A DNA stretch of 64,000 nt, taken from the NCBI GenBank assembly GCA_001779115.1, contig MFJF01000012.1, positions 33,142-97,141 of the forward strand, written 5' to 3'. The notes beneath the pieces are model-generated. The model was not told the DNA's origin and made no database searches. It saw only the letters and a program-made list of their open reading frames with translations. The translations under genes were made by a program, and so were the position numbers. Below, in pieces: positions 37,359 through 48,173 of this stretch (position 1 is the stretch's first letter; every line of letters begins with the position of its first letter). This DNA comes from Candidatus Gottesmanbacteria bacterium RIFCSPHIGHO2_01_FULL_40_15. Lineage in GTDB: Bacteria; Patescibacteriota; Microgenomatia; 2-02-FULL-39-11.

Positions 37359-38528
37359 ATGCAGGTAGCGATAGTTCATGATTATATCAAAGAGTATGGC
37401 GGAGCTGAACGGGTACTTGAAGCTTTGCATGAAATTTGGCCAGAGGCACCTGTTTACACCTCAATTTACCTTCCGGATAATTTAGGTCCGCACAGGCAAA
37501 GATTTAAGGATTGGAATATAATTCCATCTTTTTTCCAGTTGATTCCTTTTAAGAGTAAAATTGTCAGCCCGATGAGGATTTTCAGTTCAATAATTTTTGA
37601 ATCTTGGGATTTTAGTAAATATGATCTGGTTATTGTATCGGCAACCGGAGCTTATAATCCCAATCTGATAAATAAAAAAACCGGAAGTCTGCATATATGT
37701 TACTGCCATACTCCTCCCAGATATTTATACGGTTATCCGACAGCAAGAAACTGGAGAAAAACATTCTTTGGCCGATTAATGGGAGAAATCATTAACCACA
37801 GACTCAGACAGACGGATTATACTTCTTCGCAAAAACCTGATTTTTTTATAGCCAATTCCAATGAAGTTAAGGCACGCATAAGAAAATTCTACCGGCGCGA
37901 AGCTACAGTTATTTATCCTCCCGCCGGTAACGGATATATTGAAAGTACTGCGGGCAGTCCGAATAAAACCGACGAAATCCCCGCTTCGCCGGCAGGCAGG
38001 CGAAATCCGGAATTTCAAAATGAATTTTTTTTAACGGGAGGGAGGCTAGCCAGAGCAAAACACATTGATTTAGCAATTCAGGCAGCCAATCAATTAAAAT
38101 TACATCTGAAAATATTCGGAAAAGCATTCGCCGGGTATGAGAATGAATTAAAAAAAACTGCCGGGCCGACAGTTGAATTTACCGGTGAAGTAGATGAGGC
38201 CGGTTTAGCTTTACTATACCGGAATTGCCGGGCTCTTTTATATCCTTCGGAATATGAAGATTTCGGAATTATTCCGGTAGAAGCACAGGCCTTCGGAAAA
38301 CCGGTGATCGCATACAGAAAGAGCGGAGTTACGGAAAGCGTTGTTGAGGATAAAACCGGAGTTTTTTTTAATGAGTTAACTGCCGGGAGTTTAATTTCCG
38401 CGATTAATAAACTAAAGAACATAAATATTTCAGAAAAAGATTGCATAAAAAACGCTCAAAAATTCAATAAAGAAAGATTTAAGAAAGAGATTACCGATTT
38501 TATAAAAGGAAAGATGAAGGATGCCTGA
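37359..38528 (+). CDS. glycosyltransferase family 4 (GT-B)
   Basis: 389 aa. IVHDYIKEYGGAERV start and the GT4 C-terminal EYEDFGIIPVEAQAFGKPVIA motif. Confidence 0.7.
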   Translation: MQVAIVHDYIKEYGGAERVLEALHEIWPEAPVYTSIYLPDNLGPHRQRFKDWNIIPSFFQLIPFKSKIVSPMRIFSSIIFESWDFSKYDLVIVSATGAYNPNLINKKTGSLHICYCHTPPRYLYGYPTARNWRKTFFGRLMGEIINHRLRQTDYTSSQKPDFFIANSNEVKARIRKFYRREATVIYPPAGNGYIESTAGSPNKTDEIPASPAGRRNPEFQNEFFLTGGRLARAKHIDLAIQAANQLKLHLKIFGKAFAGYENELKKTAGPTVEFTGEVDEAGLALLYRNCRALLYPSEYEDFGIIPVEAQAFGKPVIAYRKSGVTESVVEDKTGVFFNELTAGSLISAINKLKNINISEKDCIKNAQKFNKERFKKEITDFIKGKMKDA

Positions 38529-39387
38529 ACTCCCGGAAGTAGAAACGATCAAGCTACAACTGTCAGACGCAATAACAGGATTAGTAATCAGCCAAATAAA
38601 AATCCCTTCAGAAAAATCTTTTAAGGGTGATAAAAAACTTCTCCACGGCTGCAAAATCACATCACTTACCAGATCCGGCAAGATTCTGATTATTAATACA
38701 AATAAGGGTTTGTCTTTGGCGGTTCATCTTAAAATGACAGGACAATTAATATATGAAAGCAAAAAACAAACGGTAAATAATAAACAGAAGGGAGGATTTG
38801 CCTCAAAATATACCCGGGTTATTGTCTGTTTTACTGACCAAAGCCGCTTGATTTTTAATGATTTAAGAAAATTCGGCTGGATGAGACTGAACGTTCTCGA
38901 TAAGGGAAAAAGGATACCCTTAAAGTTTAAAGGTTTACCTTTTTTAACAGATATAACTGATAAAACGGGACCGGATCCTTTTAAAATCAGTTTCGAACAA
39001 TTTTTCATGATCATAAATTCTTCCGGACGGCCTATAAAATTGATTCTTACGGATCAGGAAAAACTTTCGGGAACGGGCAATATTTACGCAAATGAGGCTT
39101 TATTTCTTTCAAAAATAAATCCGAATACCAAAGCGAACGAATTAACAAAAAACAAGGCTAAATCCCTTTTTAACTGTTTGAGAAAAACCCTGAAAAGAGG
39201 AATAAAATACGGGGGAGCTTCTGATAATGATTATTTAAACGCTTACGGTGAAAAAGGGGCAATGCAGGAACATTTTCAGGTTTACGGAAGAGAAGGAGAG
39301 CCCTGTCTTAGTAAATGCGGCGGAGTTGTCAATCGAATAAAGCAGGGCGGAAGGAGCAGTTTTTACTGTCCAAAATGCCAAAAATAA
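38521..39387 (+). CDS. mutM: formamidopyrimidine-DNA glycosylase (Fpg/Nei family)
   Basis: 288 aa. The N-terminus is MPELPEVE, with catalytic Pro2 and Glu3. H2TH region. C-terminal zinc finger CPKCQ. Confidence 0.85.
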   Translation: MPELPEVETIKLQLSDAITGLVISQIKIPSEKSFKGDKKLLHGCKITSLTRSGKILIINTNKGLSLAVHLKMTGQLIYESKKQTVNNKQKGGFASKYTRVIVCFTDQSRLIFNDLRKFGWMRLNVLDKGKRIPLKFKGLPFLTDITDKTGPDPFKISFEQFFMIINSSGRPIKLILTDQEKLSGTGNIYANEALFLSKINPNTKANELTKNKAKSLFNCLRKTLKRGIKYGGASDNDYLNAYGEKGAMQEHFQVYGREGEPCLSKCGGVVNRIKQGGRSSFYCPKCQK

Positions 39388-39426
39388 TACTAATAATGTT
39401 ATTTTCTGCTATAATTTGCTCCTATA

Positions 39427-40122
39427 ATGGATAAGGAAAAACCAGTCGTTATTTCATTAGGAGGATCTTTGGTTGTGCCCAACGGGGGAATTGATACAGA
39501 ATATATCAATAAGTTCAGCAAATTCATCAGAAAAAAAATCGCCGATAAATGGCGATTTTTTATAGTTATTGGAGGAGGTGCTACAGCACGCCATTATATT
39601 GCCGCGGCCAGAAAAATTACCGGTAAAATTACCGATTGGGATCTTGATTGGCTTGGTATTCACTCTACCCAATTAAATGCGCATTTTATAAGGACAGTTT
39701 TTAAAGATACGGCACATCCGAGGGTCATTCTAAATTATGAAAAGAAAATAGTTAATTTAAGAGAACCCCTGGTTATTGCAGCCGGATGGAAGCCGGGATG
39801 TTCGACAGATTATGACGCCATGCTTTTAGTCCGGGATTACAACGCCAAATCTTTGATCAATATATCCAATATTGAGTGGGTCCATAACAAAGACCCGAAG
39901 AAATTTCCAGATGCCAAGCCGATCGAAAAGATATCCTGGGAAGACTATGAGAAATTAACCAGCCAGGAATGGACTCCGGGAATTAATTCTCCGTTTGACC
40001 CGGTAGCAACAAAATTAGCCAAGGAGCTGAACTGTACTGTTTATATTATCGGAAGCAATATTGACAATTTGGATAATCTTTTAAGCGGAAGGGATTTTAA
40101 AGGAACGATAATTTCTTCTTAA
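39427..40122 (+). CDS. pyrH: UMP kinase, archaeal-type (amino acid kinase family)
   Basis: 231 aa. PVVISLGGSLVVP...FFIVIGGGATARHYI resembles archaeal PyrH (GGSVLVP...VVVGGGKLARKYI). Confidence 0.55.
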   Translation: MDKEKPVVISLGGSLVVPNGGIDTEYINKFSKFIRKKIADKWRFFIVIGGGATARHYIAAARKITGKITDWDLDWLGIHSTQLNAHFIRTVFKDTAHPRVILNYEKKIVNLREPLVIAAGWKPGCSTDYDAMLLVRDYNAKSLINISNIEWVHNKDPKKFPDAKPIEKISWEDYEKLTSQEWTPGINSPFDPVATKLAKELNCTVYIIGSNIDNLDNLLSGRDFKGTIISS

Positions 40123-41249
40123 TGATTATTTCTCAAATAACTCTTCTTAATTTCCGCAATCACAAAAAGCGGAATTTTTCATTTTCACCTGATTTGACTA
40201 TTGTTGTCGGAAAAAATACTTCCGGTAAAACTAACCTGATGGAAGCGGTCTATCTTTTATCAACGGCCAGAAGCTTCAGGCACGGAAGGGATTATCAGAC
40301 AATTACATTTAACAGGGAAATGGCCAGGATTAAAGGATTAGTCGGGACTGACGATGAAACTAAGGAGCTGGAAATTACATTAACCCGGGGTGAAGTAACA
40401 GGAATAAAAACGCCTTTAAAAAAATTCACAATAAACGGTGTTTCTAAAAGAAGCATAGATTTTGTGGGAATATTACCAAGCGTGCTGTTTTGGCCGGAAG
40501 ACATGGAACTTGTTACAGGTTCACCAACAATCCGGAGACATTACCTTGATTCAGTTTTGATTCAGATTGACCGGGAATACCGAAGGACACTTAATTCATA
40601 TGAGAGAGCTTTAAGACAGAGAAATAAGCTTCTGGAAGCTATCAGAGAAAATCAGGCAGACAGGCAACAGTTGCTTTTTTGGGACCAGTTACTTATTAAA
40701 CAGGGGAATTACCTGACGGGAAAGAGGGAAGAATTCATATCTTCCGTTAATGAAACGGAGCTTCCGGCGCTTTTAAAAACGGGTGCCAAATACATGCTGT
40801 ATTACGATAAGAGCATAATATCGCATCTCAGGTTTGACCAGTTAAGACCAGCGGAAATTGCTAGCGCCGTAACACTGGTCGGTCCCCACCGTGATGACAT
40901 GATTTTTAAAATAAGAAATCCTGATATTAAAAGCGAAGAGAATGAAACAGAATTCGAAAACCAAAATAATTATAAAGATTTATCTTTATACGGAAGCAGG
41001 GGAGAACAAAGACTGGCTGTTTTATGGCTGAAACTTTCAGAGTTACGATACATGCAGAAAGAAACAGGGGAGAGAGCGGTTCTTCTTCTCGATGACATAT
41101 TTTCAGAACTTGACCATGAACACAGGGAAATTATTTTTAAGATACTTCCGGATCAGCAGAGTATTTTAACGGTTACCGACAAGCATTTGATTCCCGAAGA
41201 GCGGTTCAGACAGGCAAAAGTGATAGAATTAAGCGGTGAATATGAATGA
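40122..41249 (+). CDS. recF: DNA replication and repair protein RecF
   Basis: 375 aa. NFRNHKK...IVVGKNTSGKTNLMEAVYLL Walker A, and a C-terminal signature/Walker B (LLLDDIFSELD). Confidence 0.8.
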   Translation: MIISQITLLNFRNHKKRNFSFSPDLTIVVGKNTSGKTNLMEAVYLLSTARSFRHGRDYQTITFNREMARIKGLVGTDDETKELEITLTRGEVTGIKTPLKKFTINGVSKRSIDFVGILPSVLFWPEDMELVTGSPTIRRHYLDSVLIQIDREYRRTLNSYERALRQRNKLLEAIRENQADRQQLLFWDQLLIKQGNYLTGKREEFISSVNETELPALLKTGAKYMLYYDKSIISHLRFDQLRPAEIASAVTLVGPHRDDMIFKIRNPDIKSEENETEFENQNNYKDLSLYGSRGEQRLAVLWLKLSELRYMQKETGERAVLLLDDIFSELDHEHREIIFKILPDQQSILTVTDKHLIPEERFRQAKVIELSGEYE

Positions 41250-42210
41250 TAATGAATTCAAGAAAGTTTTAAAAAAGTTATATTTGCCGCCCCCCGATTC
41301 ACACAAGGGGCAAAACGGAAGACTTTTAATTATCGGCGGATCGCACCTATTTCATGCGGCATCTTTATGGGCGCTAAAAGTTGCCAGCAGGATTGTTGAT
41401 CTGGTTCATTATTCATCCGTTAAGGAAAATAATGAGATAGTTATGAGAGTGAAATCGGAATTCCGCAATGGGATAGTCGTGCAAAGAAAAAATATTGAAG
41501 AATATATTGAGGAGGATGACTGCATCCTGATAGGACCGGGAATGGTTCGGGCGGAAAAATCAAAAATCAATAATTCCGCCTTCGCCGCGCCGCCGGCAAA
41601 GCCTATGGCGACGCACGGCAAGGCTTCGACGGACAAGCAAATGACAAATATAAAAGATATTGAGAAAATTAAAAATGAGGGGACGGAGACTTATTTTTTA
41701 ACAAATTATCTGCTTAGAAAATATCCGCACAAGAAGTGGGTGATTGATGCGGGGGCGCTGCAAATGACAGAACCGGAGTGGATACCTGAAGGAGCAATAT
41801 TAACTCCTCATACCAGAGAAATGGAGTCACTGATAATAAAAATTAAAAACGAAAAAATTAAGAAGGAAATTGAAAAATCCAAAACAAAAGAACAGATAAC
41901 AATCTTTGCCCGGGAATATAACTGCACGGTATTGCTTAAAGGCAGAACCGATTATATTGTTTCCGGAAATAAAGCGATAGAAATAACCGGGGGAAATGCC
42001 GGAATGACAAAAGGAGGGACAGGTGATGTTCTGGCGGGACTGGTGGCGGCATTATTTTGTAAGAATGAAGCTTACAGTTGTGCAGTGGCGGGTTCATATA
42101 TAAACAAGAAAGCGGGAGACTGGCTGTTTAAAAAGACCGGCTATTGGTTTAATGCTTCAGACCTGGCCGACCAGATCCCCCAGACGATGAAGCGACTACT
42201 ACTTTCCTGA
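41236..42210 (+). CDS. ADP-dependent NAD(P)H-hydrate dehydratase (YjeF C-terminal / Nnr2 family)
   Basis: 324 aa. HKGQNGRLLIIGGS and GGNAGMTKGGTGDVLAGLVAA motifs of the carbohydrate-kinase-like YjeF-C domain. Confidence 0.75.
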   Translation: MNMNDNEFKKVLKKLYLPPPDSHKGQNGRLLIIGGSHLFHAASLWALKVASRIVDLVHYSSVKENNEIVMRVKSEFRNGIVVQRKNIEEYIEEDDCILIGPGMVRAEKSKINNSAFAAPPAKPMATHGKASTDKQMTNIKDIEKIKNEGTETYFLTNYLLRKYPHKKWVIDAGALQMTEPEWIPEGAILTPHTREMESLIIKIKNEKIKKEIEKSKTKEQITIFAREYNCTVLLKGRTDYIVSGNKAIEITGGNAGMTKGGTGDVLAGLVAALFCKNEAYSCAVAGSYINKKAGDWLFKKTGYWFNASDLADQIPQTMKRLLLS

Positions 42211-42442
42211 TATATTTATGGTTTTATGGAGGCGGTAAATCCGTTCAAATAAACTATATATATTCTTTTACAATACACAACCATTTGAACAAAGTACAAA
42301 TTCCGAGACAGAATAACAAAAGACATTTAAAGCTAACAATATCACAGGGATTGTTGTATTGCCTGTTTCGGGAATTATGCGATAATTAAGTAACCTGTTA
42401 GTTTTCCCAACAGACGGTAACGACTGGAATCCAATTAAAATA

Positions 42443-43492
42443 ATGTATTCACCGAAATATTCGATTACCAATAAAATTCTGAAAAATATCGGGGTAATTG
42501 AAGCCTGCCGGGAGGTGATCATTAACGCGCCTTTGGTTCCGGCTTATGAGAAAAAATTCCGGGAAGAGGCAATTATAAGAACTGTTCATCATGGAACACA
42601 TATAGAGGGAAATGAACTTAACATGACAGAGGCAGCCCAAGTATTGAAAGGCAATCCGGTGACAGCAAGAGACCGCGACATACAGGAAGTGATGAATTAC
42701 CGAAATGTTTTAAATTACCTTGACTACATGGGAAAAGATGATGAGTCAAAAGGCATAATTACCGAAGATATAATTAAAAAAATCCACAGTTTGACGGTTG
42801 AGAAGATTATGCCCTCTGATCAGTGCGGGGCTTTCCGAAAAACACAGGTGGTTGTTAAAAATTCTTTAACCGGAGAGATAACTTTCAGGCCTCCGCCGGC
42901 CATTGAAATACCATACCTTATATCGGATTTTGTGGAATGGTTGGGGAAAGCAGACAAAGACGATATCCATTCGGTTCTTAAAGCCGGTATTGTCCATTAT
43001 GAATTGGTAAGAATACATCCGTTTGTGGACGGTAACGGAAGACTGGCGAGATCGGTGGCGACACTTGTCCTATTCCTGGAGAATTACGATATCAAGAAGT
43101 TTTTTTCTCTTGAGGAATATTTTGACCGTGACGCCGCCCATTATTATGATTCACTGCGAAGCGCGGCTGACGGAGAATTAACAAATTGGCTAGAATATTT
43201 TACCGAAGGGTTAGCTATTGAGCTGACCCGAATTAAGGAAAAAGTCCAGAAAATGTCAACAGATCTGCATTTGAAACAGAAATTAGGGGGGGAACAGGTT
43301 TTTCTTTCGGAAAGACAAATTGAGATCATGGAATATATTCAGCGGGTGGGTTATTTGAGTAATAAAGCATTTATTGATCTGTTTCCGAAAATATCGGAAG
43401 ATACAATACTGAGGGATCTTCATGATCTTATAAAAAAAGGGATTATTAAAAAAGAAGGGAAAACTAAAGCAGCGAAATATCTTCTTAGATAA
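42443..43492 (+). CDS. Fic/DOC family protein (AMPylator) with a C-terminal wHTH
   Basis: 349 aa. Canonical Fic motif HPFVDGNGRLAR. The C-terminal region matches a winged-helix DNA-binding domain. Confidence 0.85.
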   Translation: MYSPKYSITNKILKNIGVIEACREVIINAPLVPAYEKKFREEAIIRTVHHGTHIEGNELNMTEAAQVLKGNPVTARDRDIQEVMNYRNVLNYLDYMGKDDESKGIITEDIIKKIHSLTVEKIMPSDQCGAFRKTQVVVKNSLTGEITFRPPPAIEIPYLISDFVEWLGKADKDDIHSVLKAGIVHYELVRIHPFVDGNGRLARSVATLVLFLENYDIKKFFSLEEYFDRDAAHYYDSLRSAADGELTNWLEYFTEGLAIELTRIKEKVQKMSTDLHLKQKLGGEQVFLSERQIEIMEYIQRVGYLSNKAFIDLFPKISEDTILRDLHDLIKKGIIKKEGKTKAAKYLLR

Positions 43493-43550
43493 ATTTCCCC
43501 CCGATATAATCGGGTATCCCGTTGAGGCGGGATAATTTTCAAATTTAAAT

Positions 43551-45341
43551 ATGACTTTTAGACGTTTGGCTGAATATCTGCAACGGCTTGAGGAAACTCC
43601 GCTCCGTAATAAAATGACACAGATTCTCTCTGAGCTTTTTGGGGAGGCAAAAAACCGGGAAATCGGAAAGATATGTTATCTCCTTTTAGGGAGACTTGCG
43701 CCTTTATATCAAACAATTGAGTTCGGATTGGGTGAAAGAATGATTATCCGGGCAATTGCCGATGGACTTTATAAGGAAGCGGCAACAGTTACTAAAAAGT
43801 TTAAAAAATCAGGTGATCTGGGGATTACCGTTGAGCAGATTAAGAACATATCCGGTTTTAATAAAGGAAAAGCATTAAGTTTAAATGATGTTTATGAAGC
43901 ATTGATGACGATTGCAATCGCCTCAGGCACAGGTTCACAGGAACAAAAGATTAAAAAACTGGGAGAACTGATACAAGAAGTTGATTCATTATCCGCCCGG
44001 TATATCGTCCGGATTCCGATCGGAAAATTAAGATTGGGATTTTCGGACATGACTATTCTGGACAGCTTATCTTTTTTAATCAACGGAACAAAAAAACATA
44101 GACCGGTTATTGAGAGAGCTTATAATCTCCGGGCAGATATCGGATTTATCGCTTCAGTTGTCAAAGGAGAAGGTATTGAGAAATTGGAAGGCATACAACC
44201 GCAGGTGGGGACGCCCATTCTTATGGCCAGAGCTGAAAGAATGAGCAGCAGCAAGGAGATAATTGACAAGATAGGAAAAGGAGCAATTGAGGCCAAGTAC
44301 GACGGATTCAGGATACAAGCACACCTGAAAAGAAACAAAAAAAAAGGATCAAATGAATTTATTAAACTTTATTCCAGAAATTTAGAAGATGTGACCCTTA
44401 TGTATCCGGATATTGTTGAAGGTTTGAAACAACAGATAAAAGCGGATGAGGCGATTATTGAAGGAGAGGCTGTGGCATATAATCCCAATACAGGCGAGTA
44501 TTTACCGTTTCAGGAAACGGTACAAAGAAAACGCAAATATGACATAGAAGCAAAAGCTAAAGAAATTCCGCTGAAACTATTTGTTTTTGAGCTTCTTTTT
44601 AAAAACAGGAAAAGTTATATCAATGACTGGTATGAAATCAGAAAAAAAGAACTTAAGAAGACTGTCGGAAGAGGAGAGACAATACTTTTTGCTCCTGAGG
44701 AAGTGACGGATAATCCGAAAAGACTGGAAGAGATATTTCAGGATGCCGTCAGCCGCGGTCTTGAAGGTGTCATGGCGAAAAAACTGGACGGAGTTTACCG
44801 GGCGGGAGCACGTGATTTTTCCTGGATTAAATTTAAAAGGAGCTATGCCGGAAAATTGACAGACACCATTGATGCGGTTGTCATGGGTTATGATTTCGGA
44901 CAGGGTAAAAGAGCGGGTTTTGGGATCGGTGATTTTCTGATCGGCGTGTATGATAATCAATCAGATATGTTTCTGACAATTGCCAAAATAGGAACAGGAC
45001 TGACAGATGAGGAATGGAGAGCAATAAAGGTGAGAAGTGATAAGTTAAAAGTAAACGGTAAACCGTTGAATTATGAGGTTGATAAAATTATGGATTGTGA
45101 TATTTGGATAGCACCTGAGATTGTAGTTGAGATCAGAGCGGATGAGATTACCAGATCACCGGTTCATACTGCAGGAAGAATCATGGGGCCTTCCAAAAGC
45201 GGATCGGCAATTGAAGTGAAAGAGGCAGGACTGGCTTTGCGGTTTCCGAGACTGGAGAAATTCCGTGATGATAAGACACCAACTGATGCGACTACCTTAA
45301 AGGAACTTAAAGAGATGTTAAAAAAGCAGAAGAAGTTATAA
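43551..45341 (+). CDS. ATP-dependent DNA ligase, archaeal/eukaryotic Lig1-like three-domain type
   Basis: 596 aa. Motif I is AIEAKYDGFR (KxDG). DBD + adenylation + OB architecture at the ~600 aa typical of replicative ATP ligases. Confidence 0.8.
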   Translation: MTFRRLAEYLQRLEETPLRNKMTQILSELFGEAKNREIGKICYLLLGRLAPLYQTIEFGLGERMIIRAIADGLYKEAATVTKKFKKSGDLGITVEQIKNISGFNKGKALSLNDVYEALMTIAIASGTGSQEQKIKKLGELIQEVDSLSARYIVRIPIGKLRLGFSDMTILDSLSFLINGTKKHRPVIERAYNLRADIGFIASVVKGEGIEKLEGIQPQVGTPILMARAERMSSSKEIIDKIGKGAIEAKYDGFRIQAHLKRNKKKGSNEFIKLYSRNLEDVTLMYPDIVEGLKQQIKADEAIIEGEAVAYNPNTGEYLPFQETVQRKRKYDIEAKAKEIPLKLFVFELLFKNRKSYINDWYEIRKKELKKTVGRGETILFAPEEVTDNPKRLEEIFQDAVSRGLEGVMAKKLDGVYRAGARDFSWIKFKRSYAGKLTDTIDAVVMGYDFGQGKRAGFGIGDFLIGVYDNQSDMFLTIAKIGTGLTDEEWRAIKVRSDKLKVNGKPLNYEVDKIMDCDIWIAPEIVVEIRADEITRSPVHTAGRIMGPSKSGSAIEVKEAGLALRFPRLEKFRDDKTPTDATTLKELKEMLKKQKKL

Positions 45342-45362
45342 ATTAATATAATAGACAGTAGT

Positions 45363-46064
45363 ATGAAAATTTCCGTAGTTATACCGGCCTATAATGAGGA
45401 GAAATTTGTTAGTAAGACACTGGAATCAATAGAGAAAACCGATAAAAAAAATTGGGATGTTGAAATCGTTGTTGTCGATGGAGGATCAACGGACAGGACC
45501 GCTTCTGTTGCCAAAGAAAAAGGAGCCCGAGTCATACATGAACCGCATAAAGGAATAGGTTTTGCCAGACAACACGGCCTTCTTCACGCAACGGGGGAAA
45601 TCGTTATATATACTGATGCCGATACTGTAGTACCCCGGGACTGGCTTACCAAATATATGAAAGCCTTTGAAAATGAAGAAATTGTCTGCACGTACGGGAC
45701 ATACAGAGTGTCGGACGGTAAATTCCCATATTTTCAAGCTACAAACTATCTGCAACCATGGGCAGTTTCCTTATATTACCGATTCGGAATATATTTTGCG
45801 GGAGGACAAAATATTGCTGCCCGGAGGGATGCGGCAATTGATGCGGGCGGATTTGATGAGAAGTTAGAACAGATGGAAGACGCTGATTTTGTCAAGAGAA
45901 TGAGTAAAGCAGGAAAAATTGCATTTTTACCTGATAATATTGTCATATCATCTGGCAGGCGGAGCAAAGAAGGAATTTCCTATTTCCTCAGAGCGGGAAT
46001 ATCGGATTTTAAATTTTTTATTCTGGGAAAGAGAGATTTTCTTAAATTTCCGGATTACAGATAA
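45363..46064 (+). CDS. glycosyltransferase family 2
   Basis: 233 aa. ISVVIPAYNEEKFV start, and DAD (TDADTV) within a GT-A fold. Confidence 0.65.
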   Translation: MKISVVIPAYNEEKFVSKTLESIEKTDKKNWDVEIVVVDGGSTDRTASVAKEKGARVIHEPHKGIGFARQHGLLHATGEIVIYTDADTVVPRDWLTKYMKAFENEEIVCTYGTYRVSDGKFPYFQATNYLQPWAVSLYYRFGIYFAGGQNIAARRDAAIDAGGFDEKLEQMEDADFVKRMSKAGKIAFLPDNIVISSGRRSKEGISYFLRAGISDFKFFILGKRDFLKFPDYR

Positions 46065-46094
46065 AAGCAAAGAGAAAAGACGGAAGTAATAAGA

Positions 46095-46823
46095 TTATCT
46101 GACCGGTTTGGCTTTAATGAGGGATTTGTGGAAATACCGGGCAAGGAAATAATTAAGACTATAGTAGAACAGAGCATGTTTAAACAGAAAGGTGAAGAAG
46201 CCGACTTTATACCGGCGGCCATCCGTTCGCGGGCACAAGTTTTCCGAAAAAGCTATTTTGCCAACACGTTTTAATCTTCTGGTGACATCAAGTTCATCAC
46301 CTCCAAAATCAAGTTCAGTATCATAACCGCCGAGCTCCAATAATTTTTCCCTGCGATAAGATAAATTGTATGCCGGCGCGTAGAGGACTTTCCCGGTCAA
46401 GCGGTAAAAAAGTGCGATAATTTTATAGGTCCAGTCCCAGATAAGCACTCCCCACCAAGGCCCATTGACCATTTTTGCGGCGCCGGTAAGAGCGACAATT
46501 TCCCCGTCACTCTCATATTTTTTGAAAATTGTTGCCAGATGATTGGGAGGATAGAATGTATCGGCATCAGCTCCGACCAGTATTTCACCCCGGGCTGCTT
46601 TTAAACCGGCATCACGGGCGCGGACGACATTCGAATTTTTTACCGTAATAAATTTAGCGTTATATTTTTGGGTAATTTTTTCAGTTCGGTCCGTTGATCC
46701 GCCATCAGCGATAATCAGCTCAAAATCCTTAAAAGTCTGATTTTTGAAACTGTCAAGAGCCACCGTCAGATACTTTTCTTCATTGTAAGCCGGAATAACT
46801 ACCGATATTTTCGGAGAGGGCAT
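46095..46823 (-). CDS. glycosyltransferase family 2 (start revised to MPSPKISVV)
   Basis: KISVVIPAYNEEKYL and ADADTF motifs. The longer track ORF would overlap the divergent 46837 gene. Confidence 0.6.
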   Translation of the reverse strand: MPSPKISVVIPAYNEEKYLTVALDSFKNQTFKDFELIIADGGSTDRTEKITQKYNAKFITVKNSNVVRARDAGLKAARGEILVGADADTFYPPNHLATIFKKYESDGEIVALTGAAKMVNGPWWGVLIWDWTYKIIALFYRLTGKVLYAPAYNLSYRREKLLELGGYDTELDFGGDELDVTRRLKRVGKIAFSENLCPRTDGRRYKVGFFTFLFKHALFYYSLNYFLARYFHKSLIKAKPVR

Positions 46824-46836
46824 AGTTTCTTTTTCA

Positions 46837-48126
46837 GTGTACTTCGTGATATTATTTTCCGCAACCATGAGAAAAAAAGTGTTATGTTTACCAATCGGAG
46901 TAGGACTGGCACATACAGGAAGGCTTATTATGGTTGCCAGGGAACTCCGAGAATCCGGTATTGACGTTATATTCGGAGCCGGAGCTGACGCTATCAAGCT
47001 TATGAGGAAAGAAAAACTGCCTTATGTGGAAATTCTCGATTTTTCCAGAGAAACTTATGACAAGAAAGTAAAAAAAAATAATTTTTTTGTTTATAACAGG
47101 CATAATTTTGCGGATTTTGTCAAAGATGAATTACGAGCATATGACATTATTAAGCCTGATTTAGTTGTTTACGATACCAGAATTACAGCTAAAATATCCG
47201 CCTCAATCGCAGGAATTCCGACTGTTTCCATAACCAATGCTGACGCAACGGCTTTTTATGATTACGAGAAAATCGAATTTCCGGTCCAGACAACTTTCGG
47301 AAGATTTTTACCGATGGAAGTTGTTTCGCTACTTAACAGGGAATACGGGCAGAGATTCTTAAAGAAAATAAGTAAAAGGGCAGTGTCGGCAATGCTGATT
47401 GCGGCAATGATTAAGGTTTTTCCGGCACTTATAAAACTCGGATATAAACCTTCAAAAGATCCATTCCAGTATTTCATGGGAGATTTAACGCTGATTGCCG
47501 ATATTTCAGAGTTCAGGCCGATAAGGAATTTACCGGAAAAAGTAAAGCAGATCGGTCCGATTTTTTGGGACGGGGGCAATAAACTACCCTCCTGGAGCAA
47601 AAACATTGAGGATAAAAAAAATCTGATATATGTCAGCGCCTCGGGCACAGGAGATAAAAATACTTTCATTAAAATACTGGAATTTTTATCAACCACTGAT
47701 TATACAGTGGCGGCAACAACGGGAAATACTTTAAAACCAAGCGAGGTAATTTTAAAAAGCGCGACTATTTATAAAACCGATTTTTTACCCGGTGATTTTA
47801 TTATGCCCCGGGCAGATCTTATTATTTTTCCAGGAGGAAACGCAACCTGTTATCAGGCTTTGACATACGGCGTGCCTCAAATTTGCACTCCGTTTCATAT
47901 TGATCAGGAAGATAACGCTAATCAACTTGAGCGGCTTGGTACGGGTATAATAGTCAATCCTTACAATAAATTTAATGAAAACAAATTACTTAATGCCGTT
48001 GAGAGAGTCCTTGCGGATAGGTCATTTAAAGCTAATTCTTTAAAGATGAGATCGATACTGTGCGAATTTAACGGGAAGAAAAATGCGGCAGTCCATATAA
48101 AAAATTTTCTAAACACCAAAATCTGA
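46837..48126 (+). CDS. glycosyltransferase family 1 (UDP-glycosyltransferase/MGT-like GT-B)
   Basis: The C-terminal signature FPGGNATCYQALTYGVPQICTPFHIDQEDNANQLERLGTG matches the GT1 donor-binding motif. The true start may be MRKKVL at 46867. Confidence 0.6.
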   Translation: MYFVILFSATMRKKVLCLPIGVGLAHTGRLIMVARELRESGIDVIFGAGADAIKLMRKEKLPYVEILDFSRETYDKKVKKNNFFVYNRHNFADFVKDELRAYDIIKPDLVVYDTRITAKISASIAGIPTVSITNADATAFYDYEKIEFPVQTTFGRFLPMEVVSLLNREYGQRFLKKISKRAVSAMLIAAMIKVFPALIKLGYKPSKDPFQYFMGDLTLIADISEFRPIRNLPEKVKQIGPIFWDGGNKLPSWSKNIEDKKNLIYVSASGTGDKNTFIKILEFLSTTDYTVAATTGNTLKPSEVILKSATIYKTDFLPGDFIMPRADLIIFPGGNATCYQALTYGVPQICTPFHIDQEDNANQLERLGTGIIVNPYNKFNENKLLNAVERVLADRSFKANSLKMRSILCEFNGKKNAAVHIKNFLNTKI

Positions 48127-48173
48127 TATACCTCAATAAACTTCATGAATAAGGCATGTTAAACTTTCCTTAA

